From: an uncultured Candidatus Saccharibacteria bacterium
GTDB taxonomy: Bacteria > Patescibacteriota > Minisyncoccia > Phycocordibacterales > UBA2100
Assembly: GCA_964399865.1 (NCBI GenBank)
Contig: CAYNRJ010000001.1
Location: 546,285-610,284 of the forward strand
Reading direction: 5' to 3'
Length of the DNA: 64,000 nucleotides
The notes beneath the pieces are model-generated. The model saw nothing but the letters and a program-made list of their open reading frames with translations, did not search any database and was not told where the DNA came from. Below are positions 28,030-37,175 of this stretch, one piece after another. Every line of letters starts with the position of its first letter. The first letter of the stretch is position 1. Both the position numbers and the translations under genes were made by a program.

Positions 28030-28848
28030 ATGGATGAAGTGACCACGGATAGAATTATTACTGCGACTCATTGGCCGCGCATGATGGCGACTGCCGCTCT
28101 CGGCCTTCTCGCCGTCTTCCTTTTCATTGCGGCGATAGGTGAGTTAAAAGGTCTTCGATACATTGGAACGGGTGTAGCGGCTACGAATACTATTACTGTT
28201 TCAGGAGAGGGAGAGGTATTCGCGGTGCCGGATACAGCGACCTTTAGCGTGACAGTCCAAGAAGAGGCCAAGGAAGTTAAGGATGCGCAAACTGTCGCGA
28301 CAGAAAAGATAAACGACATAATCGCATATTTGAAAGAACAGGATATAGATGAGAAGGATATAAAGACGACTGACTACAACGTATATCCGCAATACGATTA
28401 CATTCAGACCGCATGCAGCGGGGGATACTGCCCAGGAGGTACTCAGAAGCTCCGTGGATTCCAGGTAAGCCAGACACTGACGATCAAGGTCCGTGATACT
28501 GAACAGGCCGGTGAACTTCTCTCCGGAGTAGGCACACTTGGCGCCTCATCTGTCTCCGGTCTGTCTTTCACGATCGATGACGAAGATGGCTTGAAAGCTG
28601 AGGCTCGCGAGATGGCAATTGAGGATGCGCGCGTAAAGGCATCAGAATTGTCGAAAGACCTTAATGTGCGATTGGTACGAGTAGTCGGATTCTCTGAAAG
28701 CGACTACGGATATCCTGTGCCGTTTGCGTACGGAAGGGGGGGAGCTGATATGGCTGTGGCCCAGGAGGCCAAAGCAAGTGCTCCAGATGTCCCGGTCGGG
28801 GAGAATAAGATCGTCTCAAGCGTGAGCGTTACGTACGAGATTCGCTAG
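28030..28848 (+). CDS. SIMPL (DUF541) domain protein
   Basis: TITVSGEGEVFAVPDTA, AIEDARVKA and GENKIVSSVSVTYEI motifs. Confidence 0.9.
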   Translation: MDEVTTDRIITATHWPRMMATAALGLLAVFLFIAAIGELKGLRYIGTGVAATNTITVSGEGEVFAVPDTATFSVTVQEEAKEVKDAQTVATEKINDIIAYLKEQDIDEKDIKTTDYNVYPQYDYIQTACSGGYCPGGTQKLRGFQVSQTLTIKVRDTEQAGELLSGVGTLGASSVSGLSFTIDDEDGLKAEAREMAIEDARVKASELSKDLNVRLVRVVGFSESDYGYPVPFAYGRGGADMAVAQEAKASAPDVPVGENKIVSSVSVTYEIR

Positions 28849-28861
28849 GAATAACGGGATG

Positions 28862-28892
28862 GCTGCGCCGCAGTGGAAACCTGCGGCGCAGC
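28862..28892 (+). terminator. Hairpin after the SIMPL gene
   Basis: GCTGCGCCGCAG…CTGCGGCGCAGC. Confidence 0.7.
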
Positions 28893-28902
28893 TTCTCGTC
28901 CC

Positions 28903-28930
28903 TTGACTTTTGTCCTCTCGAGAGTATTAT
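28903..28930 (+). promoter_or_regulatory. sigma70 promoter for secE-nusG-rplK
   Basis: TTGACT-16 nt-TATTAT. Confidence 0.6.
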
Positions 28931-28994
28931 ATTTTGAAGCCCCGCAAGGGGTTTTTAAATTGGCAATTATTCTTCTATACTCTCCGTACAACGT

Positions 28995-29258
28995 ATGAGC
29001 CTTTTCCAGTATTTTAAAGACACTACCGGCGAATTGAAGCACGTGGCATGGCCTACGCGAGCTCAGACCATAATCTACACGATCCTCGTGGTCCTTCTTT
29101 CTATTTTCATCGCACTCTACCTCGGCTTTTTCGATTACGTCTTCACGACTGGACTCGCTCGTCTTATCGAAGTACTTCCGCAAGGAACGCCGTTCCTTGA
29201 TGTTGAGCAGATTGATCTCAGTACGACAACAACTAGTGGCGCAACTACAACAGAATAA
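28995..29258 (+). CDS. secE: Preprotein translocase SecE
   Basis: ELKHVAWPTR plus single TM; precedes nusG. Confidence 0.93.
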   Translation: MSLFQYFKDTTGELKHVAWPTRAQTIIYTILVVLLSIFIALYLGFFDYVFTTGLARLIEVLPQGTPFLDVEQIDLSTTTTSGATTTE

Positions 29259-29260
29259 CT

Positions 29261-29803
29261 ATGAGACAAACACACGGAGAAGGAAGAGAATGGTACGCAA
29301 TACACACATACTCAGGATATGAAGATGCTGTCGCGCGCAATTTGAAGCAGCGCATCGAATCTTTCGGAATGAAAGATAAGATCTTCAATGTCGTCGTCCC
29401 ATCTGAAAAGAAGATCAAGATCAAGAATGGTCGTCGCACAGAGACGCGCGAGAAGATTTTCCCAGGCTACGTCATGGTGGATATGATCGCGTCCGACGAA
29501 GCATGGAGCGTTGTCCGCAACACGCCTCAGGTTACAGGATTCGTTGGCACAGCGAACCAGGCAGTACCACTTTCACCAGAGGAAGCAGAGAAAATATTGA
29601 AGCGCGCAGAGGGTGATACGGTCCGTCACGCGATCGATCTCTCCGAAGGCGATGCGGTCGTTATTATCGACGGACCTTTCAAGGACCTTGAAGGAAAGGT
29701 AGGGGAGATTGACGAAGAGCGTGGAAAGGTTAAGGTATTGGTTCCGATGTTCGGCCGTGAGACCCCGGTTGAACTAGAAGCCGACCAAGTCCAGAGAGTC
29801 TAA
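29261..29803 (+). CDS. nusG: Transcription factor NusG
   Basis: [19 protein letters not shown] domain and [10 protein letters not shown]. Confidence 0.97.
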   Translation: MRQTHGEGREWYAIHTYSGYEDAVARNLKQRIESFGMKDKIFNVVVPSEKKIKIKNGRRTETREKIFPGYVMVDMIASDEAWSVVRNTPQVTGFVGTANQAVPLSPEEAEKILKRAEGDTVRHAIDLSEGDAVVIIDGPFKDLEGKVGEIDEERGKVKVLVPMFGRETPVELEADQVQRV

Positions 29804-29820
29804 TTTCAAATAAACATCAT

Positions 29821-30243
29821 ATGGCAAAAGAAGTAACAAAGATCATCAAATTACAGATTGCAGCAGGAGCTGCGACGCCTGCTCCACCAGTTGGTACTGC
29901 GCTCGGACCCGCCGGAGTTAATATCGGTGAATTCGTAAAGCAGTTCAACGACCGCACTCGTCCAATGGCCGGGAACATCGTTCCTGTCCTCATGAAGGTA
30001 TACAAGGATCGTACGTTTGATTTTATCGTCAAAAAGCCACCAGCTTCCCGTCTTATCTTGAAGAAGCTCGGAATCGAAAAAGGCTCACCAAAGCCACAGA
30101 CCAAGATCGCGAAGCTCTCAAAGCAGCAGGTAGAGGAGATCGCAACTGAAAAGATGGAAGATCTGAACGCAACCTCGATGGATCAGGCAAAGAAGATCAT
30201 CGCCGGCACTGCGCGATCAATGGGCATCGACTCAGACCTCTAG
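29821..30243 (+). CDS. rplK: 50S ribosomal protein L11
   Basis: [15 protein letters not shown] and GTARSMGI motifs. Confidence 0.97.
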   Translation: MAKEVTKIIKLQIAAGAATPAPPVGTALGPAGVNIGEFVKQFNDRTRPMAGNIVPVLMKVYKDRTFDFIVKKPPASRLILKKLGIEKGSPKPQTKIAKLSKQQVEEIATEKMEDLNATSMDQAKKIIAGTARSMGIDSDL

Positions 30244-30270
30244 GTCTCTCGAGTTGCTACAATACGGGCT

Positions 30271-31935
30271 ATGCATCAAGCCCAGAAGATAAGAGAAGCG
30301 TTAACTCACACACTCCGTACTCTAAGAATAGAGGTCCCTGAAATACAGCTCGATCAGCCGACCGAGCTCAAAAATGGTGACTTTGCGACTGGTATTGCTC
30401 TGCAGTGTGCAAAATCAGCTGGGATAAAACCACTGGATCTCGCAAAGAGGATCGCAGAGGGTCTTGGAGATGTGCCGGGTATAGCAAAGATAGAGGTCGC
30501 TGGACCGGGCTTTATAAATTTCTATGTCACCTCGTTCGCAGTATCTGAATCGATTGAAGAGGCGCGAACGAATGAAAAATGGGGAGCGAATTCTTTAGGC
30601 GAAGGTCAGACGGTGATGGTTGAATATACAGACCCGAATCCATTCAAGGAATTTCATATTGGGCACCTCATGTCGAACGCAATTGGAGAGGCGTTCACGA
30701 GACTTCTTCAATTCATGGGCGCAAAAGTGATCCGCGTAAATTATCAGGGCGACATTGGTCTCCATGTGGCGAAAGCGCTGTATGTTCTTCTGGAAAAAGG
30801 TGCCAAAACTCCCACTGCTCAAGAAATAGGGGCCGCATACGTCGAGGGTGCGAATCGGTATGAGGAAAATGAGGAAGATAAGAAAAAGATTGATGAGCTA
30901 AATAAGGCGATATATCAACGAACCAATGAAGCTGCGGAGATCCTGTATCAGCACGGGCGTGCTGTCTGTCTTGAGGAGTTCGAGAAAATATACAAAATCC
31001 TTGGAACAAAATTCGACCACTACTTCTTTGAAAGCGAAACGGGTCCGATTGGATTAGAACTCGTTAAATCTCACCCAGAAATCTTTGAAGAAAGTGAAGG
31101 GGCGATCGTATTTAAAGGTGAGAAGTATGATCTACACACTCGCGTATTTGTAAACAAAATGGGTCTCCCTACGTATGAAGCGAAAGAAGTAGGGCTCGCA
31201 CAGATGAAAAATGAGTATGCAGAGTGTGACCGATCGATATATGTCACCGCGTCAGAACAAACAGATTACTTTTATGTGGTGAAGAAAGCGATAGAACTCA
31301 CGTTTCCCGAGATGGTTGGCAAAATTGAACATCGCGCGCACGGCATGATGCGTTTTGCAGAGGGGAAAATGTCGTCGCGCAAAGGAAACACTATTACAGG
31401 AGCATCTCTGCTCTCCGATCTCTCTCACGCTGCCGCGGAGCGCGCAAAAGAAAGTCGAGCCGATAACGTAGATCACCTCGCAGAGCAGGTCGCAGTTGCG
31501 GCGGTGAAGTATCAAGTGTTGAAGCAACAATCGGGGAGAGACATTATTTTCAATCGAGAACAGGCGCTCTCACTTGAGGGAGATTCAGGTCCATACTTAC
31601 AATACGCTCACGCGCGAACTTGTGCTGTTGTCGAAAAGGCGAGCGCGCAAGGTGTTACTGCAGTAACGAATTCAGATATCGAATCAAATGAAGTGGCGAG
31701 ACTTCTTATTCGCTTTCCATATGTCGTGGAGCGCGCAGCTAAGAGTCTTGAACCTCAGCTTGTCGCCAATTACCTTATACATTTCGCCGCTGCGTTCAAT
31801 AGCTGGTACGCTCAAGAACAAATTCTCGACGGTACCCCGGGAGCGGCGCATAAAGTCGCACTCGTAGACGCTGTTCGTATGACACTGAGGAACGGTCTGT
31901 GGCTCCTCGGTATTCCCGCGCCAGAAAAAATGTAA
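30271..31935 (+). CDS. argS: Arginine--tRNA ligase
   Basis: AGPGFINF, PNPFKEFHIGH, KMSSRKG, GPYLQYAHAR and LGIPAPEKM motifs. Confidence 0.97.
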   Translation: MHQAQKIREALTHTLRTLRIEVPEIQLDQPTELKNGDFATGIALQCAKSAGIKPLDLAKRIAEGLGDVPGIAKIEVAGPGFINFYVTSFAVSESIEEARTNEKWGANSLGEGQTVMVEYTDPNPFKEFHIGHLMSNAIGEAFTRLLQFMGAKVIRVNYQGDIGLHVAKALYVLLEKGAKTPTAQEIGAAYVEGANRYEENEEDKKKIDELNKAIYQRTNEAAEILYQHGRAVCLEEFEKIYKILGTKFDHYFFESETGPIGLELVKSHPEIFEESEGAIVFKGEKYDLHTRVFVNKMGLPTYEAKEVGLAQMKNEYAECDRSIYVTASEQTDYFYVVKKAIELTFPEMVGKIEHRAHGMMRFAEGKMSSRKGNTITGASLLSDLSHAAAERAKESRADNVDHLAEQVAVAAVKYQVLKQQSGRDIIFNREQALSLEGDSGPYLQYAHARTCAVVEKASAQGVTAVTNSDIESNEVARLLIRFPYVVERAAKSLEPQLVANYLIHFAAAFNSWYAQEQILDGTPGAAHKVALVDAVRMTLRNGLWLLGIPAPEKM

Positions 31936-31988
31936 TTGCGAATAATATAGGGCGGAGTAGACTCTTTTTTGGAAGGAGGTGATCCAAA

Positions 31989-32204
31989 GTGGCACAAGAG
32001 CCGAATAGGTATGACAACGTCAAGGAGGCGCTTTGCGCTGCGCAGGGCAGATACCCGTTGTCGTACCTTATAGCCATCAGAGGAAACGCGCGGGCACCGA
32101 GTGAGTACGCGCCGAGCGAAGCGTCTCTGACGCGCGCCCTGGAGCAGTCGGAGTTCGGCAGTCATGCTGGAGATGTTGTCACTCTCTGGCTCCCTACCCC
32201 ATGA
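31989..32204 (+). CDS. Small orphan protein with its own promoter, very strong SD and downstream hairpin
   Basis: TTGCGA-16-TAGACT (31936-31963), AAGGAGGTGATCCA (31973-31986), GTG start, hairpin ~32211-32241. Confidence 0.6.
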   Translation: MAQEPNRYDNVKEALCAAQGRYPLSYLIAIRGNARAPSEYAPSEASLTRALEQSEFGSHAGDVVTLWLPTP

Positions 32205-32253
32205 GCATCGGGCCGGTCCGCGGAGTTTTCGCAGACCGGCCTCATTTTAATTT

Positions 32254-33348
32254 TTAAGGCTGAGCTTTCTGCAAAGCCTTAGTCTTGAAATATTCTACGA
32301 TTGTATGATCTCCGATTTTCGGGAATCCATCCGGTTGCTCAAAGGCCTTACAAATTGCTTGCACGACTGTCTTCCTAAGATCCCGATCGTCTTGAAGCAG
32401 TGCACTGGCTGTTTCTGGTGTGAGAGATTTCAATACCTCATTTAAATTAATGAAAGTCCAATTATCGGGCCTACGGAAATTTTTCATGCGCCCAGGAGAT
32501 TCCCTGTATTCTATGTACGGTTCGTGTAGCAATCCTTGCTCTTTAAGAAAGCGGTAAAAGATGACGGTCGTGAATGCTCTCTCATTGATAATCTCGAGGA
32601 TTTGCCCACGGCTTTTTTCATCCACCGCTTTTGGTATAAGACTCTTAACATCCACATCATCTCCAGGTAATCCTTCAGACAGATACGATTCAGTTACAGA
32701 GTGTGGATCGTCATGATTTATTCCTACAGCTCTCTCGAAAATGTAATTTAGTACGCGATACATTGGACGAGGGTCCGTATTCAAAATCTTGCGACCATCA
32801 GGTCCCAGTAATTGCGCCAGGGCCAGCCGCCTCTCTTCAGAGCCGTCGTATCCGTTTGTGAGAAGTTCATAAGTAAGTCTACTAATTCTACCGTTTCCAT
32901 CTTCAAATGGATGAATTGCGGTTATATTCGCGGCGAGAAGTAACGCCGCGTCTTTAGTATCTGGTAAATTCTGCGCAGTCTTTAATGTTTCTGTGAGAAG
33001 TGCCTCCTTATCCTCTTGGTGGGGAGGTATATGCACGACCCTGGAATCTGAGATTTGGCCGAGCATTCCAAACACTTCTTGTACGCGCACGTTCTTTCCA
33101 TCAAAATCGGCAGATTTAGGTTGATCTCGAAGAGCGTCGTTGATGAAAAGAAGCCATCGCTTGAATTTTTCGGGAGTTAATTCCTTTAAGAATTGTTCGC
33201 GCTTTTCGGGAGTCTCTAAAGATTCTTTAGCCTTTAGCCGTTCCAGTACAGAAAGCAGATACTGCGCAGACGAGTCTCGAGATTCTAGTTCGGGATCGAG
33301 CATCAAATCCAGTTTCGATGGTCGATTCTTCGGTGCTTCCATACCCAT
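32254..33348 (-). CDS. Fic-domain protein
   Basis: Canonical HPFEDGNGRISR Fic motif. Confidence 0.88.
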   Translation of the reverse strand: MGMEAPKNRPSKLDLMLDPELESRDSSAQYLLSVLERLKAKESLETPEKREQFLKELTPEKFKRWLLFINDALRDQPKSADFDGKNVRVQEVFGMLGQISDSRVVHIPPHQEDKEALLTETLKTAQNLPDTKDAALLLAANITAIHPFEDGNGRISRLTYELLTNGYDGSEERRLALAQLLGPDGRKILNTDPRPMYRVLNYIFERAVGINHDDPHSVTESYLSEGLPGDDVDVKSLIPKAVDEKSRGQILEIINERAFTTVIFYRFLKEQGLLHEPYIEYRESPGRMKNFRRPDNWTFINLNEVLKSLTPETASALLQDDRDLRKTVVQAICKAFEQPDGFPKIGDHTIVEYFKTKALQKAQP

Positions 33349-33412
33349 ACTTTAGCAGATCCATGACCTGCCAGTTGTCTGCTTTTTGCCCTCGAAGTGC
33401 TATATTTTCCCC

Positions 33413-36277
33413 ATGTCAGCGGAAAAAGGCGATATTGCTAAGCGCGAGGAAGCCACGCTCGCGTTCTGGAACGAGCGCGAAATTTTCGCTAAAAGCCTCG
33501 CTAAAGACTCTCCAAGAGGGGAATATGTTTTTTATGATGGCCCGCCATTTGCGACGGGGCTTCCACACTACGGTCATATCGTCGCGTCAGTCATAAAGGA
33601 TGCTGTGCCGCGTTACTGGACGATGCGCGGCTATCACGTGCCGCGCGTGTGGGGCTGGGATTGTCACGGACTTCCGATTGAAAACATCGTCGAGAAAGAG
33701 CTCGGCTTCAAACACAAGAAAGACATCATCGGGATGGGCGTCGCGAAATTCAACGAGATCTGCCGTGAACGCGTGCTCACATATGCAAATGAATGGGAAA
33801 AGATAATTCCACGTATCGGCCGCTGGGCTGATATGAAGAATGCGTATCGCACGATGGATAAGCCATTCATGGAGAGTGTGTGGTGGGTTTTCAAACAACT
33901 TCACGAGAAAGGATTGGTCTACGAAGACTACCGTTCGATGCACATCTGTCCGCGTTGCGAGACGACGCTCTCACAGCAGGAAGTATCTGAAGGGTATAAG
34001 GATGTAAAAGATATTTCTGTAACAGTTAAGTTTGAGCTCATCGATGAGCCGAATACATTTCTGCTTGCGTGGACGACGACACCATGGACGCTTCCAGGCA
34101 ATGTTGCGATTGCTGTTGGAAAAGATATTACATATGCTCGAGTAGAAGATGAAGGGAATACCTATATTCTTGCCAAAGATACTCTCGAAAAGAATAAGAA
34201 AGATTTTAAGAATCCGCATGTCGTAGGAGAAGTAAAGGGGAGTGCGTTAGTAGGTAAATCATACAAACCGCCATTCGATTATTACGTGAACAACAAGTCG
34301 CTCAAGAATCATGAGAACGGCTGGAAGGTGTATCACGCGGACTTCGTAACGACCGATGCAGGTACGGGAATAGCGCACGAGGCGCCAGCCTTCGGCGCTG
34401 ATGACTGGGAGCTCTCAAGGCAGGTGAATCTGCCGTTTGTGCAGCACGTGAATATTGACGGCACATTCAGGTCGGAAGTGAAGGATTTTCCAGGGATGGA
34501 AGTAAAACCTCGCTCTGATGACGACAAGGTCCGGCTAGGTACAGATATTGCGGTCCTGAAATATCTTCAGGAGAAGGGGCTCTTTTTCTCGAAAGAAAAT
34601 ATTGTTCACTCGTATCCGCACTGTTGGCGATGTGACACACCTCTTCTTAACTACGCAACGTCATCGTGGTTCGTTTCAGTAACGAAAATAAAAGCTAACT
34701 TGCTTAAGAACGCAAAAGCGATCAACTGGTCGCCTGAACACACGAAAGAGGGGAGATTTGGAAAGTGGCTCGAGGGTGCGCGCGACTGGTCTATCTCACG
34801 CCAGAGATTTTGGGCGAGCGTCATTCCGGTGTGGGTGTGTGAGAAATGTAAAACGCAGCGAGTGTTTGGGTCAGTTACTGAACTCGAAGGGGCGAGTGGG
34901 AAGAAGGTGAATGATCTACATAAACACATTGTTGATGAAATAACGGTCGCCTGTTCCTGTGGCGGTACGATGCGTCGTATTCCCGATGTCTTAGACACAT
35001 GGTTTGACTCCGGCTCAATGCCATACGGTGAGCGACACTATCCATTCGATAATAAAGAGAAATTCGAGAAAGTGTTTCCTGCGCAGTTCATCGCAGAAGG
35101 CTTGGACCAGACGCGCGCGTGGTTCTATTACTTACACGTTCTTGCGGGCGCGCTTTTTGGAAAGAATGCATTTCAAAACGTCATCGTGAACGGGATCGTT
35201 CTCGCTGAGGATGGAAAGAAGATGTCGAAGAAGTTGAAGAATTATCCCGATCCGATGGAAATAGTCGAAAAATATGGTGCAGATGCGCTACGTTTCTACC
35301 TACTCTCATCACCTGTCGTACAGTCAGAGAACCTAAGTTTCTCGGAGAAGGGAGTCGATGAGGTGGTGAAGAAAAATATCGGCCGCCTTAACAACGTGCT
35401 CGCGTTCTATCAGCTCTACGCAAACGATACTCCTCGTGATTGGAAAAGTACGAATGTTCTTGATCGTTGGATCCTTGCCCGGCTCGATGAACTCATTCGC
35501 GAATCGACGCAGGGATTTGAGTCATACAAACTAGATTCTGCAGTACGTCCTATTACGGGATTCATAGACGACCTGTCTGTGTGGTATTTGCGCAGAAGCC
35601 GCGACCGCTTTAAAGAAGATACCGATGATAAGAAAGCGGCTCTCGCAACCCTTAGATACGTTCTCGTAGATCTTGCGCGGGTGATGGCACCCTCGATGCC
35701 ATTTCTCGCCGAGCATCTCTTCCAGGCGGTGCGTGAAGGAGAAGATGAAGAAAGTGTTCATCTCACCCTGTGGCCAGAGCCTCGCGCGACGGTGAATTTC
35801 ATCCAACGTCTTCTTGGTCGTGGAAATGATGACAAGGTTTTGATCGAAGCGATGGAAGAGGCGCGTAGTATCGTCACGCAGGCCCTGGAGGCGCGCGAGA
35901 AGGCCGGGATAAAAGTTCGCCAACCGCTCTCATCTCTTTCATTTCACAGCAGCATTAAATTATCTGAAGATCTGATTGCGATCATTGCGGAAGAAGTAAA
36001 CGTAAAGAAAGTGGAAAGAGGGGAAGGGATTCTTCTTAATACAACAATTACCGCAGAACTACGCGAGGAAGGGCAGGTGAGAGATTTCGTGCGTAGCGTA
36101 CAGAATGCTCGCAAAGAGGCGAACATGACACCGGGGGAGAAGGCACGCATCTTCTATGGTGCGGATTTCAACGAAGAAACACTCTTGAAGTATAAGGACG
36201 AGATACTAAGTGCTACGAACTCTACAGATTTCGTAAAAGGATCCGAAGATGGAGTCCGGGTAGAAAAAGTAAATTAA
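33413..36277 (+). CDS. ileS: Isoleucine--tRNA ligase, type 2
   Basis: DGPPFATGLPHYGH, WTTTPWTLP, DWSISRQRFW and KMSK motifs; no C-terminal Zn finger of type 1. Confidence 0.96.
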   Translation: MSAEKGDIAKREEATLAFWNEREIFAKSLAKDSPRGEYVFYDGPPFATGLPHYGHIVASVIKDAVPRYWTMRGYHVPRVWGWDCHGLPIENIVEKELGFKHKKDIIGMGVAKFNEICRERVLTYANEWEKIIPRIGRWADMKNAYRTMDKPFMESVWWVFKQLHEKGLVYEDYRSMHICPRCETTLSQQEVSEGYKDVKDISVTVKFELIDEPNTFLLAWTTTPWTLPGNVAIAVGKDITYARVEDEGNTYILAKDTLEKNKKDFKNPHVVGEVKGSALVGKSYKPPFDYYVNNKSLKNHENGWKVYHADFVTTDAGTGIAHEAPAFGADDWELSRQVNLPFVQHVNIDGTFRSEVKDFPGMEVKPRSDDDKVRLGTDIAVLKYLQEKGLFFSKENIVHSYPHCWRCDTPLLNYATSSWFVSVTKIKANLLKNAKAINWSPEHTKEGRFGKWLEGARDWSISRQRFWASVIPVWVCEKCKTQRVFGSVTELEGASGKKVNDLHKHIVDEITVACSCGGTMRRIPDVLDTWFDSGSMPYGERHYPFDNKEKFEKVFPAQFIAEGLDQTRAWFYYLHVLAGALFGKNAFQNVIVNGIVLAEDGKKMSKKLKNYPDPMEIVEKYGADALRFYLLSSPVVQSENLSFSEKGVDEVVKKNIGRLNNVLAFYQLYANDTPRDWKSTNVLDRWILARLDELIRESTQGFESYKLDSAVRPITGFIDDLSVWYLRRSRDRFKEDTDDKKAALATLRYVLVDLARVMAPSMPFLAEHLFQAVREGEDEESVHLTLWPEPRATVNFIQRLLGRGNDDKVLIEAMEEARSIVTQALEAREKAGIKVRQPLSSLSFHSSIKLSEDLIAIIAEEVNVKKVERGEGILLNTTITAELREEGQVRDFVRSVQNARKEANMTPGEKARIFYGADFNEETLLKYKDEILSATNSTDFVKGSEDGVRVEKVN

Positions 36278-36283
36278 TTCGCT

Positions 36284-36550
36284 ATGGCAACCATTGAGGA
36301 GAGACTTGCGGATATAGAACACAGAAACGAGAAGGTGGAGTCGGATAAAGGGTGGGAGACGAGTGTTGCGCGGAAGGCTCTCATTGCTACGTTTACCTAC
36401 ATTGCGATCGGAACATATATGTGGGCGATCGGTATTGATAAACCACTGTTAAACGCAATCATCCCGACTACTGGATTTATGCTCTCAACGCTGTCGATGC
36501 CTTTTTTCAAGCGAATGTGGTTGAAATATCTTTGGAATAAGGGAAAGTAG
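36284..36550 (+). CDS. Small 2-TM conserved hypothetical protein
   Basis: RNEKVESDKGWETS plus hydrophobic helices. Confidence 0.7.
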   Translation: MATIEERLADIEHRNEKVESDKGWETSVARKALIATFTYIAIGTYMWAIGIDKPLLNAIIPTTGFMLSTLSMPFFKRMWLKYLWNKGK

Positions 36551-36554
36551 CAGC

Positions 36555-37130
36555 ATGTATCAGAAGTACCACACGGAAGCGCTTGTTCTCGGTAGTCGAG
36601 AAATAGGAGAGGCGGACCGAGTGTATTCGCTCCTTACTAAGGACTTCGGCTTTATTAAAGCGCGGGCTTCTTCTGTAAGAAAGGAAGTATCTCGAATGCG
36701 ATACGCTCTCCAGAATTATTCGCATGTGAACATCTCGCTCGTGAGAGGGAAAAGGGGATGGCGCGTTGCGGGTGCTTCGACGATCAAATCTGCGGTGGGC
36801 GACAAGGAAAACATCAGTGTCTTTGGGCGTGTCTCGGAGCTGACAGAGAGACTTCTCGCTGGAGAGGAAGAAAATCAGTACCTTTTTTCAGCTCTCGCGG
36901 ATGCACACGATGCACTCATGCGAGAGGGGGAGTGTCCCGCACGTGCCACGATTGAAATCGTCTGCGTTGCGCGCATATTGTACGCACTCGGCTACATTTC
37001 GACCGAAGCGCATGCCACAGCGCTATTTACACACACTGCATACTCAGACGAATTCTTACGTGAAGCGGAGACGATCAAAGACAAACTCTTGTCTTCTATT
37101 AATAGGGCGATAACAGAGACTCATCTCTAG
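36555..37130 (+). CDS. recO: RecO-like protein (short)
   Basis: TEALVLGSREIGEADRVYSLLTKDFG OB-fold N-terminus. Confidence 0.85.
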   Translation: MYQKYHTEALVLGSREIGEADRVYSLLTKDFGFIKARASSVRKEVSRMRYALQNYSHVNISLVRGKRGWRVAGASTIKSAVGDKENISVFGRVSELTERLLAGEEENQYLFSALADAHDALMREGECPARATIEIVCVARILYALGYISTEAHATALFTHTAYSDEFLREAETIKDKLLSSINRAITETHL

Positions 37131-37175
37131 TGTGGGTAGCAATTCGAAGAGCTGTGCCGGTGTATAATTGTCCGA

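Noticed and set aside
31973-31986. 16S rRNA fragment on the minus strand
   Set aside because: The match is only 14 nt and sits at SD position before a start codon; the flanks are not rRNA-like.
31989-33348. Fic toxin-antitoxin pair
   Set aside because: The small ORF is convergent with fic and separately transcribed, unlike upstream antitoxin genes.
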